A stretch of DNA of 64,000 bases from Prorocentrum cordatum (lineage: Eukaryota). The notes below the pieces were generated by a model, which was not told where the DNA came from, made no database searches, and worked only from the letters and a program-made list of their open reading frames with translations. The translations under genes and the position numbers were made by a program. The stretch covers positions 1-64,000 of the forward strand of contig CAUYUJ010000060.1 in the NCBI GenBank assembly GCA_963575745.1, given 5' to 3'. This document shows, one piece after another, positions 1 to 13,780 of the stretch; the stretch's first letter is position 1; each line of letters opens with the position of its first letter.

Positions 1-83
1 TCCCTTCCCATGGCGCTGATGCTTGCTCTGTCGGCGGACGCGTGTCATCGCGGGCCTGGAATTACCAAAGGGACCCCATCTTG

Positions 84-470
84 TTATGCGTAATGGGAAA
101 TGGGGAGCTGCGTACATTTGGAGAGGAGATGGCGGATTAGCAGGAGGATGAGCAGGAGGAAAAGGAGGAGGAGAAAAGGATGAGGAGGATGAGAACGAGG
201 ACGAACAGTAGCAGCAGGAGCCGGAGTAGAAGGAGCGGGAGGAACAAAAGGATCGGGGGAAGGCAGAGGAGGGACCAGAGGGGGGTGACAACGATGAGGA
301 AAGACTCGGATCCAGAGAAGAGGCTCGCAGTGGGGCGAGAGCGCCATTCTGAACGACTGGAGCAAAGCGACGATCCTAGAATGAGTCCAGCGCTGCAGCG
401 CGAACAGCATTTTGAAGGACCGAACTCGACTGGATTGTAAAACCCTAAGAGGAATAGATGTTTAAACCCT
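84..470. repeat. Dispersed repeat, inverted copy at ~35520-35870
   Basis: GAGATGGCGGATTAGCAGGAGGATGAGCAGGAGGAAAAGG and GACTCGGAT are mirrored in 35640-35820. Confidence 0.8.
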
Positions 471-1134
471 ATGTAAAGCACCGTATGCGGAGAGGGCCGG
501 ATATCTTCCCGACAGAATCAGGGGAGAAAGAGAGAGAGAGAGATAACAATTGGATCCAGAATGTGCTGAATGTGTAATGTGCTGAATGAGTGAGAAGGAG
601 GGGGGAGGAGATAGGAGGTAAGAGGAGATAGGAGGTAGGAGGAGAAAGGAGGAGGAGGAGAAGGAGGAGGAGGAGGAGGGGGAGGAGGAGGAGGAGGAGG
701 AGGAAGAGGAGGAGGAGGGCCACTGCCCACAGAGAGAAAGGCGGGCAAAAACAAGAACGAACGAAAGCCCGTCCAGGAGCAAGAAAACGAAAGCCCGTCC
801 GTGTGAGGCCTCGCGATTGGAGTCTTGCGATTGATTGCCTCTTCGCTTTCTCCTCCTGCTTCTCCTTGCGTCTTGCCTTGCGCTCTGCAGTCTGTCATTG
901 CAGTCTCGCCTGCATTGCGTGTCATGCTTAAGATATTCTGGCAACTCCTCGAGCAATCTCGCTATGCGTAGTGAGTTGTGTGTTGTGCCTGTTGGTGGTC
1001 TTCCTTCGGGGTCGTGGAGGCCCCCCTGAAGAGAGGAGGAGGAGGAGGAGGAGGAGGAGGAGGAGGAGGAGGAGGATGAGGAGGAGGAGGAGGAGGAGAA
1101 GGGGGCCGAGAAAGGAGCCCGCCTAGCGGCTGTC

Positions 1135-1259
1135 CTGCCGAGCTCGAAGAGGGCGCCGATGCCCGCGGAGCACAGGCACAGGTACTTCCCCTCGCACGCC
1201 CGGAGCGCGCTCAGGGCCGCGGGTATGCCGTCGACCACGGCGAGGGCGTAGATCACGTC
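1135..1259 (-). CDS. Internal exon of a helical (ARM-like) host protein: DVIYALAVVDGIPAALSALRACEGKYLCLCSAGIGALFELG
   Basis: A complex GC3-saturated island between triplet repeats, with an AG|G acceptor and an AG|GA donor. Confidence 0.7.
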
Positions 1260-1264
1260 CTCCC

Positions 1265-1298
<34 letters not shown>

Positions 1299-1892
1299 GG
1301 AGGAGGAGGAGGAGGAGGAGGAGAGAGAGGAGGAGGAGGTGAGGAGGAGAGGGGGAGAGGAGGAGGAGGAGGAGGAAGAGAAGGATGAGGCGGAGGAGGA
1401 GAGGGAGCAGGGGGGAGGAGGAGGGGGAGGATGAGGATGATGATGATGATGATGAGGAGGAGGAGGAGGAGGAGGAGGAGGGAGGAGGGGGAGGAGGAAG
1501 AGGAGGACGAGGAGGACCCCTGTCGGGCTCTCGCCGACCCCCGCTGGAAAAATCTCCCGGAGGCGCGCAGACAGCCACGCCCCAGGTAGCCGTAGCCTGG
1601 GGGACGGCCTCGACACCCTTGCGCTGCCTTCGGCGCCCCTGAGGCGCCTCGTGCCCCAGGATTAGGCTTAAATCGGGCACGTCCTCCTACAGGCGCATGT
1701 TGGACGATTTTTTCATGCCCAAGCATAATCCCAAAACAAAATCACCAAAATCGTCCCTAGACTATGTTTTACCAACCCTCCTGTGGTTGAGGTACTCGTT
1801 TTGAATAGTGCAATGTGGTCGCGTCCTTCCGTCCTGCCTCCCACCACCCTCCTCATCCTCGTCCTCCTCCTGCGAATCCTGCCTGAAGGGAC

Positions 1893-1925
1893 TCATCATC
1901 ATCATCATCGTCATCGTCTTCGTCG

Positions 1926-1974
<49 letters not shown>

Positions 1975-1982
1975 CATCGTCC

Positions 1983-2049
<67 letters not shown>

Positions 2050-2103
2050 CATCGTCCTCATCATCAGCATCACCATCATCATCACCATCATCATCATCAT
2101 CAA

Positions 2104-2140
<37 letters not shown>

Positions 2141-2454
2141 GTCAGCATCATCATCGTAATCATCATCTGCAGCAGCATCATCATCACCAACATCATCGTA
2201 ATCATCATCATCATCAACATCAGCATCATCATCAGCAGCAGCAACAGCAGCATCATCACCACCGACATCGCCATTATCATCACCATCACCATCCTCAGCA
2301 TCATCATCGTCACCATCGTCGTCGTCGCCAGCATCATCATCATCATCAGCATCAGCAGCAGCAGCATCAGCATCAGCATCATCATCATCAGCAGCATCAT
2401 CAACATTGTCATCGTCATTGTCATCGTCATCATCATCAACATCAGCATCAGCAG

Positions 2455-2485
<31 letters not shown>

Positions 2486-2549
2486 TTCATCATCATCATC
2501 AGCAGCATCAGCATCAGCATCAGAGTATCATCATCATCATCATCACCAC

Positions 2550-2580
<31 letters not shown>

Positions 2581-2731
2581 GTCAGCATCATCATCGTCAT
2601 CGTCTTCGTCATCAACATCATCATCATCATCACCATCATCATCACCATCATCATCATCGGCAGCATCATCAGCATCGTCATCGTCTTCGTCATCATCATC
2701 ATCATCATCATCACCATCAGCATCATCATCC

Positions 2732-2763
<32 letters not shown>

Positions 2764-2814
2764 GGCAGCATCATCATCGTCATCGTCTTCATCATCATCA
2801 TCATCATCATCATT

Positions 2815-2854
<40 letters not shown>

Positions 2855-2985
2855 GCATCGTCATCATCATCAGCATCATCATCGTCACCATCATCATCCC
2901 CATCATCATCACCATCATCATTATCCTCAGCATCCCCATCATCATCACCATCATCATCATTCTCAGCATCCTCAGCATCATCAGC
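1893..2985. repeat. Imperfect (CAT)n/(CAN)n microsatellite; similar arrays at 10390-11015, 18245-18900 and 49347-49540
   Basis: Direct reading. Confidence 0.95.
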
Positions 2986-2986
2986 G

Positions 2987-4700
2987 GGGCTCCGATCTGC
3001 GCAACTTGCCCCACCTTCGTGGGGTCCTGGGAAGGCCAGCGGAGCGGTGTCCCTCGCACACCCAGACGAGACCTCGCGGCTCCCTGGGAGGGCTGCGATC
3101 TGCGCAACTGTCGCAAATTTCGTGGGCTCCTGGGAGGGCCAGCGGAGTGGTGTCCCACGCACACCCAAGCGGGACCTCGCGGCTCCCTTGGGGACTGCGA
3201 TCTGCGAAACCGTCGCCACTTTTGAGGGCTCCTGGGAGGGCGAGCAGACTGGTGTCCCACGCACACCCAAGCGAGACCTCGCCGTCATGGGGGGGCTGCG
3301 ATCTGCGAAACCGTCGCCAGTTTGGTGGGCCCCACGCACACCCAGATGAGACCTCGAGGCTCCCTGGGGGACTGCGATCTGCGCAACCGTCGCCACGCTC
3401 GTGGGTTCCTGGGAGGCCCGGCGGAGTGACGTTCTACGATGACCAGAAAGTGGCTTCGCCGTCCCTTGGGAGCTGCGAGCTGTGCAAATGTCACCAATCT
3501 CGTGGGTTCCTGGGAGGCCCGGCGGAGTGACGTTCTACGATGACCAGAAAGAAGCCTCGTCGTCCCTAGGGTCCTGCGAACTGCGCAATTGTCTCCACCT
3601 TCGCGGGCTCCTGGAAAGGCCAGCGGAGTGGTGTCCGACGCACACCCAGACGAGACCTCGAGGGGGGCTGCGATCTGCGCAACGGTCGCCACTTTTGTAG
3701 GCTCCTGGGAGGGCCAGCGGAATGGTGTCCCACGCACACCCAGACGAGACCTCGAGGCTCCTTGGGGGACTGCGATTTGCCACTGTCGCCACTTTCCTGG
3801 GTTCCTGGGAGGCCCAGCGGAGTGACGTTCTACGAGGACTAGAAAGGCGCCTCGCCGTCCTTAGGGGATTGCGAACTGCAGAACTGCGCCCACATTAGTG
3901 GGTTCATGGGAGGGCGAGCGGACTGGTGTCCCACGAACACCCATACGAGACCTCGCGGCTCCCTGGGGGGCTGCGATCTGCGAAACCGTCGCCAGTTTGG
4001 TGGGCCCCACGCACACCAAGACGAGACCTCGAGGCTCCCTGGGGGACTGCGATCTGCGCAACTGTCGCTTATTTCATGGGTTCCTGGGAGGCCCGGCGGA
4101 GTGACGTTCTACGATGACCAGAAAGAAGCCTCGCCGTCCCTAGGGACCTGCAAACTGCGCAATTGTCTCCACCTTCGCGGGCTCCTGGAAAGGCCAGCGG
4201 AGGCGTGTCCCACGCACACCTAGACGAGACCTCGCGGGGGGCTGCGATCTGCGCAACGGTCGCCACTTTCGTTGGCTCCTGGGAGTTCCAGCGGAGGGAT
4301 GTCCCACGGGGACCACAACGACACGTCGCCGTCCCTGGGGGGTGCGATCTGCGAAACTCGCGGGGTACTGGGAGGGCCAGCGGAGGCGTGTCCCACGGAG
4401 ACCACCATGAGACCTCGCCGTCCCTGGGGGGCTGCGATCTGGAAAGCTGTCGCCACTTTCGTGGGTTCCCGGGAGGTCCAACGGAGTGGTGTCCCACAGG
4501 GACCACCATGAGACCTTTCGTGGGCTCCTGAGAGATCCGTCCAGCGGAAGGGTGTCCCACGGGGACCACCATGAGACCTCGCCGTCCCCGGGGAGCTGCG
4601 ATTTGCGAAACTGTTGCCACTTTTGTTGGCTCCTGGGAGGTCCAGCGGAGGGCTGTCCCACGGGGACCACCATGAGACCTCGCTGCGCTGTTGAATCGCA
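2987..4700 (+). repeat. Tandem satellite, ~102-bp unit (GGGCTGCGATCTGCG..AAC.GTCGCCACTTT...), diverged sub-variants
   Basis: The core recurs at ~2990, 3092, 3194, 3296 and onward. Confidence 0.9.
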
Positions 4701-6430
4701 GATCGCAGCGGGATGGGGCGCCACGGAGCGCAGGGGGCTGTCATGTGCACATGCCGCATCGACTCTTCAGTTGCCTCTTGTCCGTAGTGCACTCAGGCAC
4801 TCGCAGCGCTTAGCGCAGGGCGCTGTTCTGGCATAACGCGCACGGCGTTGTTCTGCAATGGGAACCTAGCGCGATGCGCTGTTACTCCCACGAAGCATGT
4901 CTCCAGTTCCCCCTCATCAGTCTGTTTCCACGCCCCCTCGTGGTCGCCTTCCTGCCAACGATCTGACTCTCATGAGTGATGCCGCGAATGTGAAACATTG
5001 GACTCTGGCCCAACGTTCTTTGGCGAAGCGTTCAAGAGCACGGCGGATCCTTCAGTGCTTGCTTGTGTATTGAGCGGTCCGATGTATAGTTGCCTCATGT
5101 GTGCAAAGGGTTGAGTACGTCCCCGGGTAGTTTACCATTTTTGAACATTCATGCTGTAGAGGGACATGCCCAACTTTAAAGGTAGCCCACCCTTGCGCCG
5201 CCCTGAGGCGCTTCGCGCCCCAGGATGGGGGTGTTGAGACCGCCCCAGACTACAGGCGGGGCGCTGACCTAAGGAACCAAAAATCAGCAGCGAGGCCTCT
5301 TCTCCAGAACTTCAACTTCGACTTCCCATCGAACATCTAATGACAACCTGAGGCAAACTGTAAAACACTTAAGGAACACGGAGCCCCTCCCCAACGAAAA
5401 TAGCTCCTTCTTCGGCGCCACGACTATACTCCCGTCGGGCTCGCGACGACCACCACCCTCCGAAGAAGAAGCAACGGAATGACCACGTTGGAGCCGGCGG
5501 CGAAGCCACGTGTAAGCGCGGTCTGTCCTGCATATGACAAGGGATATGTCGACACCTATCCCCGACCTTGTGGGGATTTCGAATGGACCTAACATTTAGG
5601 GCCCGACTTGGGGATACACGATAGAGAAGCATCCATGTCCGAATAGTCCCCCGAGGGTGTCTCCCCGAGTTCCCCTTCTCGTCTGAACGACCTGGTGTTT
5701 CTGGAAATCGGGGGCTGGGGATGAGAAATCGCCTGCGAAAATGTAAAATGAGGCCGGGGAGGAGAGGAGGAGGAGGAGGAGGAGGAGGAGGAGGAGAAGG
5801 AAGAGGAGGAGGAGGAGCAAAGGGAGCCTCTCAGACGTACTTCGCATGCACGAAGGCGCAGCTGCGGGTTGGTGCCGCCGCACGTGAGGGCGACGGTGCA
5901 ACCGCGGGCACCCGCATAGGCGCTGGAGCTGGAGCTGGTGTACCCGCTGGAGAAGGCCCCGGCAAAGGCGCGGGTAACAGAGCTGGCGACAACTGCATAA
6001 ACACGTACATTCGGAGGTCCAGCGTCGAGGCGTCGATGCAGCCGACCTCCCACGCACGTTCTGGTTCGGTAGCTCCTCCCTGGCACGCGGAGCGCGCCAG
6101 GGGCCGTGCCGTAGGCGCCGCCAGGGGGTCCAGCGCCGATCCAAGAAGCCCGCGCGGACCTCACAGAGCGACTGCTTCTGTCGGGGGCGCGCAAACATGG
6201 CTCGGGGGAGGTGCCCTCCCCAAAGTGCGGCCAGTGCCGCCTCGCTGGGCGGCGGAGATCCGCGCTTTCCCATGGAAACGGGACCCGTCGCTGATCCACG
6301 CGCCCCTGATCCGTGTCTGCGATCGCCTGGTTCCGACAGCTTCGCTGCAGATTGTCCCCCGTCCCCCGCGTCGGCCCCGCCCTCCCCGCGGAGGAGGCAC
6401 CGAGTGGCGCTCGGGCTGCCCCCGCCGGTC

Positions 6431-6464
6431 CTCCAGCATGGCCTTGTCCGTCGACGAGCGGAAC
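6431..6464 (-). CDS. Micro-exon (x)FRSSTDKAMLE, phase-compatible with exon 1135-1259
   Basis: AG|G acceptor, AG|GA donor and all third positions G/C. GGAG|GAC is shared with the next acceptor. Confidence 0.55.
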
Positions 6465-7289
6465 CTCGCGCGGCCGCGCGGCCCTCGCGGCTCTCTCCGC
6501 CCATCCTCCGCCTCCAGCCTCCCTCTGCCCACCCCCCTCCTTTCCCCTCCCCGCTCCACGTCCCTTTCTTTTCTCCCTCCTCCCTGCTCCCTCCCTGCCT
6601 CCTCGTCTTCGTCCTAGTCGTCCTCCTCCTGATCCTCGCCTCCTCCTCGTCCACCTCCTCTTACCTCCCACATCCCAACTCCCCCCTCCCGACTTTCGAG
6701 CCCCTCCTACCAATCTCAGCCTGACCATACCTCCTATATCCTCTCAAATACGCCGTTCTTCCTACATCGTATTCCTCCTTTCTTCTCTCCTCCCCCATCC
6801 CTCATCCCCTATCCCCCTTTGTATCCTGCCTCTTCCACTCTTATCGCACGACCCCTCCTCGTTTCATCCCTCCTTTCACTCCCACCTCCTCCCACCTACT
6901 GATCCTCCTCCTCCTCCTCCTCCTCCTCCTCCTCCTCCTCCTCCCCCTCCTCCGTTTCATCCACCTCCACCTCCTCCTCCTCCTCCTCCTCCTGCTTCAT
7001 GCAGGCAGCGCTTCAACGACTGAACCTGACAGAACTGCACCACCTATCATGCACACGCGTGCGCACCTACTCCTCGTCATCCCTCTCCCACTCCTCCTCC
7101 TCCTCCTCCTCCTCCTCCTCCTCCTCCTCCTCCTCCTCCTCCTCCTCCTCCTGAGAAGGCGGGCTTGGCTGCGGGTAGGGGGTTGACAGCGTGTACGGGG
7201 CCGTGGCCCTCGGAGACGGACGGCAGGGGGCACCTCTTCCGTTTTGATTTTCGGCGTCGGGCCCGTCGAGCTCGCCACGTGGAGCGGAG

Positions 7290-7331
7290 AGCGCCCCGAT
7301 GAAGGCGAGGACCGCCCCGCCGTTCTGCTGC
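7290..7331 (-). CDS. Probable exon (R)QQNGGAVLAFIGA; 3' boundary unresolved
   Basis: AG|G acceptor and GC3-rich codons. The donor was not identified. Confidence 0.4.
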
Positions 7332-7769
7332 CTCTCTCCAGGGGAACGGACAACGACATAAACATCATGACTCGGAGGTCCACGCGGATTTCTCGGGTCG
7401 GCGCTGGGGCCCCCTGGCGGCGCCTCTGGCGCCGCGCCAGGGAGGAGGGTCCAGCGCGGGCCCAAGAAATCCGCGCGGATCTCCGAGTTTCTGTGTTTGT
7501 GTATCTGTTCGCTCCCCTGCTCTTGCTGCCTGCCGCACCTCCCGGGGGCGACGAGTGGAGCTACTCCAGGTGCCCGCTCTCGTGTGCACCTCCTGCTGTG
7601 TCCTCCCTCCCAGGAAGAGGGAAGGGCGACACCAACACCACCAGGGCGCGGAGATGCGAGGAGCAAGGGGGGCCTCCCCGGGGGTGTGGTCCCCCCCCCT
7701 TTTGCTCGCGACATCCCCAGCCTCCAGCTCGGGGAGGCATCGTGGACCTCCTCGCTGGAGGTGGCCCCC

Positions 7770-7793
7770 CTGGTGATGTTGGCGTCGCGTCTC
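7770..7793 (-). CDS. Possible micro-exon (R)RRDANIT(R)
   Basis: AG|G acceptor and AG|GG donor. The phase fits between exons 37998-38053 and 7331. Confidence 0.3.
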
Positions 7794-8429
7794 CTCCCTC
7801 CGACCCTCCGTGCCTCCTGCACCCCGGGGTGGGGCCCCCGCCGTGCAGGGGGCCCGGCAGGGAGGCCCAGGCAGGGGCAGCGGCAGGGAGGCACGCCCAC
7901 GAGCCGCGCGCGACTCGGTGCGGGTCTCGGTACGCCCCCAGACAGGATCGCGTCGTTAAAAAGTCAGGACGGGAGGTTTCTGGCTATTTTTGGCCCCGCG
8001 GGCCCCTCGCCGGGCCTCGGGACCGTCAAAAAACGATTCGGGGCGAAGAACCGGCCCCGGGGGAAGGGTCGGGACTTCCAGGGACGCCGTCCTGAAAAAA
8101 ATCAGGACGTCGCATGTCTGGGCCCGTACCTTTTGCACGTCGTGCAGCAAATACGCCACTCCTGATGCGCGTAATTTGTCTGCTCCGTGCCAGGCGATGA
8201 CAAGGGAATGCCGAGAGGCGATCTCTCGGATCAAGCAGGGCCTCTGCCCCAGACGAAACGGTACGCCCGCTCAGTTGGCAGCGGAGCTGATCAAGCAAGG
8301 CCAGGGGTAGTCTTTCTCTCTCTCTCTCTCTCGATATCTCCCTTTCTCTCTTTCTCGCTCTCGCTTTCTATCACTCTCTCTCTCTTTCTTTAGTGTATGT
8401 GTGTTTTCTCTCTCTCTCTTTCTCTTGTT

Positions 8430-8470
<41 letters not shown>

Positions 8471-8659
8471 GTAGATATACATATAGATCTCCGCCATCGT
8501 GCCTCGAGGCACGAAGTGGAGCTTTCTCCAGGTCTTCATGTGTTCTCTGTCCTGAACCCTGGATCCTAATCCGCCGACCCCAGAGTCGTGTGAGGGATCC
8601 TTCCTGGACAGATACCGTGCCCCCTCCACCAACACGTGCGCCCTGTTTCCATTTCTGGC

Positions 8660-10380
8660 CCGAAACCGATCCCGACCCCCCCGTGGTGACCACCGCGCCC
8701 CTGCATCCCCACCGCCCCACCAGGACCTGGGGGCTCTGTTCCTGGACCCCCCCTGCACCTGACCAATTCTCCCCCGAAACCTTCTGTTGCTCCCATCTGA
8801 CTTAAGGACCATATCCCAGAAATAATTGCGAGCACCCAGAAAAGTACCAAAACAATGTCGAACGAGTATCGCCTCCCAGGGCCCGACACGCGAAAACCCC
8901 CCAGTTTCGGTACTTTCTTGGTGCTCGACATTCTTTCTGGTGACCATGAGGCTAACGCATGTTGGAACATCATAACCGGAACCTACCCCGAGCCCCCCGT
9001 CGTCACCACATCGCCCCGGCATCCTCACCGCCCCCCACGGCTCCAGCCCGGGAGCCGGCCCGGACCACTCCCCCCCTCGGGGCACCGAGGCCTCGCCCTG
9101 GCATCTCCAAAGCTGTGGTCACCACCCCGCCCCGGCATCCCCACCGCCCCGCGCGGCCCTGGGAGCTCATTTCTGCATGGGGACCCCTTGCCCGACCAAA
9201 TCTTGCCCGGAACCGACCCGACCCCCCCCCCCCGTGGTCACCACCTCGCCCTGGCATCCCCACCGCCCCGCGCGGCCCTGGGAGCTCAATCCCGGGGACC
9301 CTGGAACCGACCCTGACCCCCCCCGTGGTCACCACTTTGCCCCAGCATCCCACCGTTCCGCGCGGCCTCGACCTATCCCCACCGCCCCGCACGGTCCTGG
9401 GAGCTTGGACACTCCACACGACATTATTCGGGCCCGACTCTGACCCCCCGTGGTCACCACCTCGCCCCAGCATCCCCACCGCCCCGCACGGTCCTGGAAG
9501 GTCTGTTCTTGTGACCTCCCACCCAACATTCTTTTGACATTGGGACCCCTCACCCGATAATTTGTAATTTGTGGCCCAAAACTGACCCCGACCCCCCCGT
9601 GGTCACCTCCTCGCCCCGGCACCCCCGCCGCCCCGCAAGGTCCTGCGAGCTCTGTTCTTCGGACCCCCCCACCTAACTAACTGCTGGCCCAGAACCGGCC
9701 CTGACACCCCCGTGGTCACCACCTCGCCCCGGCATCCCCACGGCCCCACACGGTCCTGGGAACTCTGTTCTTGGAACCCCCACCCGACAATTTCTGGCTT
9801 GGAACCGACCCGGGCCCCATGCGGTCACCACCTCGCCCCGGCATCCCCATCGCTCCGCAAGGTCCTGCGAGCTCTGTTCTTGGCGCCCCCCATCCGAACG
9901 CTCGACAAATTCTGGCCGGGAACTGACCACGACCCCCCCGTGGTCACCTCCTCGCCCAAGCACCCCCGCCGCCCCGCAAGGACCTACTCTGTTCTTGGGA
10001 GCCCCACCCGACAAATCCCAATTAACTTTCCGACCCCTCACCCGACAATTTCTGGCCCAGAACCGACCCTGACCTCGGGATCCCGCGGTCACCTCCTCGC
10101 CCCGGCATCACCGCCGCCCCGCAAGGTCCTGGAAGCTGATTTCTTCGGACCCACCACCCGACAATTTCTGGCCCGGAACCGACGCTGACCCCCCCGTGGT
10201 CATCACCCCGCCCCGACATCCCCACCGCCCCGCGTGGCCCCCACCGCCCCTCACGGTCCTGGGAGCTCTGTTCTTGGGACCACCCCCAAACGAGCAAATT
10301 CTGGTCCGGCACTGACCCTGACCCCCCCGTGGTCACCACCCCGCCCCGGCATCCCCGCCGCCCCGCACGGTCCTGGGAGC
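8660..10380 (+). repeat. Degenerate tandem repeat (~90-150-bp spacing, ~13 copies), core CCCCCGTGGTCACCACCTCGCCCCGGCATCCCCACCGCCCCGC
   Basis: The core is visible at ~8676, 8995, 9113, 9230, 9320, 9445, 9595, 9707, 9820, 9935, 10083, 10192 and 10325. Confidence 0.85.
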
Positions 10381-11599
10381 ACAGCCTCTTCCTCATCACC
10401 ATCACCACCACCACCACCCTCCTCCTCCTCCTCCTCCTCCTCATCATCATCATCATCATCATCATCAGCAGCATCATCATCACCATCAGCACCACAATCG
10501 TCACCATCGTCATGATCATGATCATCATCATCATCATCACTATCATCATCATGATCATTATCATTATCATCATCCCAATACTGGTCATCATCACCATCAT
10601 CAGCATCAGCAACATCATCATCAGCAGCATCAGCATCAGCATCAGCATCATCATCATCAGCATCAGCATCAGCATCATCAGCATCATCAGCATCATCAGC
10701 ATCATCTTCATCATCGTCGTCGTAATCGTCATCAGTATCATCCTCATTATCATCCTCTTTCTCGCCCCCGTCATCATCGTCAGCAGCAGCAACATCAGCA
10801 GCATCATCATCACTGCTATCATCACCAGCACCAGCACCATCATCAGCAACATCTTCCTAACCCTCCTCCCCCTCATTATCATCCCCATCATCCCCATCAT
10901 CCCCATAAGTATCATCATCCTCATCCTAACCCTCCTCCTCATCATCATCACCAGCAGCATCATCATCAGCATCAGCATCAGCATCAGCATCAGCATCAAC
11001 ATCAGCATCATCATCACTCCTTCCTCCGCCCTCCTGGTCCTCCCTCCTGGTCCTCCTCATCATCACTCCTACCTCCTCCCTTCCCAGTGTCTCCTCATCG
11101 TAGTCCTCCTCCCTCCTCCTCGTCCTCCGCCCTTCTCCTCGTCCTCCTCCAATTCGCGCTCACCCTCCTCCAGCTTCTCCTCCTCCTCCTCCTCCTCCTG
11201 CTCCCCTCCTGCTGCACCTCCTCCTCGCATTTCCCCGCAAAACGGCTCTCGCACGGCTCTCGCATGACTTTATGGGTTCCCGCGAATCCGCCGACTCCAC
11301 CGGGTGTCATCGGCATGTGAGATGCTTCTCCCTCCGCAACCACCTCCCCAGAAACCCCAGTCCGGTGGATCGGAGGGGGCGTCATCCGCTCCAGGATTTG
11401 TTTTCTTGGGGGGGGAACAGGGCCTTGAGGGACTCTCGAGATCCAAAGGAGGCTGAGGGCCACGGACAGCGCGGACGACAGAGCACCACGCCCCCGTGGC
11501 ACGCCGCAGCAGCGGCAGCCGACAGCGGAGTCAGCACCGCACGTCCAGACCAGAACCATACAGGCCCTCGCCATGAAGGCCCCCACGCACTGGGCACAG

Positions 11600-13745
11600 C
11601 AGAATACCTCCCCGTGGGAACACGAGGAGATTCACAAATGTGAGAAATCAGCCTGGGACGAGCCAGCCAGGACCAGACCTGCATTCACCCCAGGCAACGG
11701 CGATGGTTTTGTGTCGCCGCGAGAGGAGGCGCAGTCTCCCCTCGAAGGCCTGTTCAGGGGTCCCTGGAAGGCCAAGACGGGCAGCATTGTGAGTAGACAC
11801 GAACGGATTGCACATGCACGCACACAGCAGCGACACCTTCGGAGGGAGGGGATGGAGCAGAATCAGAGGAGCAACCCACGGTATGGCCACAGGAGCAATA
11901 GGAAATAGGGAACCCATCCATCTGACACAAATCTGGCGACAGCGATGGCAGAACTTGTAATGACGTAAATCGTCGTAGTCTCTGGACATGTCAAACCTAT
12001 ATTCTCTGTGAGTACACCCGAAGATACATCCCCTGGGAGTCGAATGGTAACGGGGGCTGGTACACACACCACGAGCACAAATACGGAGGACACCCATGAC
12101 GAGGTAGGCGGAGGACGCTGCTGCGTTGCGACGGTTCTGGAGGATGAGATGGGAGAGGTCGCTGCAGTCACACTCTGGAAGTCAACCACGGAGGCGATAG
12201 TGCAGCCCTTCAAATGGCGAGGGCTCAGAGAGAGGACGAGCATGGAGACGCAAGTAGAGCTTACGCTGGAAAGTGTCGGGTTTCAAATCAGATAAGCGAG
12301 CGATGCCATGAACAAGCTGGGTAGATTGGAACAAATCAGGGAGGAAGGAGCGCTGATACCAGCCCCTGGGATCGACAACGCGAGCATAACACACTGCGTT
12401 GCTATCAATCGCTCGCTTGAGGTCCGCCCAAGAGTCGGCAATCCCAGGGCGCATATAAGCAAGATGAGCACGACAGGCAGTAGAGAGGGCAGTGATTTCA
12501 GGAGACTCGATCGGAAAACCAAGCTGCTCCATGGACACGAGCACGTCGTAGGAGAAAGCGTTGTATGGGCCACATGTGTCTTTGTAGCATGTGCTTGTAA
12601 ACCTTCTTCACTCCATTCGTCAGGGGCTCAACTTGCATCACCAACTGCACGACAGACAAGCACACGACTTGGAAAGTAGCGACGGTAATATTACAACCAG
12701 GAGAGAGCTGACGAAGAGTAGCACAGCGAGCGACAAACTTTGCCAGCGGCGCTTTCCAAGCGAGGCCAGCAGCTTCTGGGCCAATATGCAGGCCAAGGTG
12801 CTTCATAGCATAGCAGCTTCTTATGTGCTCAAGACCTCCTCCCCAGTGCGCAGGCCCATTCTGGCCCCCCCCCCCTCCCCCGCCGACCACAGGGCAAGAG
12901 AGAGCACTTGCTGCAGTTGGAGAACTAGCCCGACGGCGCCAGCGGGCATAAGCAGGAGCCCTCAGACCTCCTGCAACGATCTAAAGACATCGACCATGCC
13001 AAGGAGACAGTCGTCAGCGCATGCAAGACAAAGGGCGACCTGGGCTGGCAAAGTGTTCTGCATCCACCGAAGCACGGGGTCCAGGCACAGACAGAAGAGA
13101 GCCATAGAGCTGGGGTCACCTTGACGCACCCCTCGAGCGATCTGGAACCGCCCGCACCTTTGGCCCCCCAGGGTAGGTAACCACTCTCACATTGTTGGCA
13201 TAAAGCATCTGGTAGAAGCCCAGGATGAACGATGGCGCGCGCACAGCAGCAAGGGCCGCGAAGAGCCAGTCGTGGAGGAGAGAGGGGGAAGCAGCAGCAA
13301 AGTCAGTGGATAAGATGGCTGCATTACCTTGGCCGAGAAGATGCTGCTGGAGCCCCCGACTCTCTGCCTGCGCAACATTCGTGAGCATCTGCCTACCGTT
13401 GACACACTTCTGAAGCGGAGCTACCGTCGATCTGCAGAAGGCACTAGACAGGATATCGGCATCGGTGTTGGACATCGGGAGCGGACGATTGCCAGCACAG
13501 TCGCGAACAACGTTCCCTTCCCCATCCCCATCCCTGTCCCCTTCCGGTAGAAACACCATCAGTAACTCACCCATATCAGGAGGCAGAGAGTCCACATTGC
13601 CTCGGATGGTCTCTAAATAGAAGTTGTATAAATAGCGAGGCGCATCACCAATGCGCCAGCAGACATATGGGATACCATCAGGCCCAGGCGCAGAATAACG
13701 GCAACTCCGAATAAGGCTGATAAATCAGGATAAATCAGTTTCCCA

Positions 13746-13780
<35 letters not shown>

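Noticed and set aside
1762..3530. Long poly-His/Asp/Met/Ile/Ser ORFs (also at 10022-11267, 17244-19187, 37141-40079)
   Set aside because: They are open in several frames only because triplet repeats lack stops. There is no coding signal.
4905..4930. Hammerhead-like CTGATGAG near GAAA (minus strand)
   Set aside because: The spacing and stems are incompatible with a hammerhead fold.
4990..5200. Faint GIY-YIG-like fragment (FKVG...MRQLYIG) on the minus strand
   Set aside because: It needs a frameshift and contains a stop. It is too weak to call without an HMM search.
8660..10380. Conserved core with variable linkers resembling CRISPR
   Set aside because: The linkers are homologous to each other and irregular in length, so this is a degenerate satellite.
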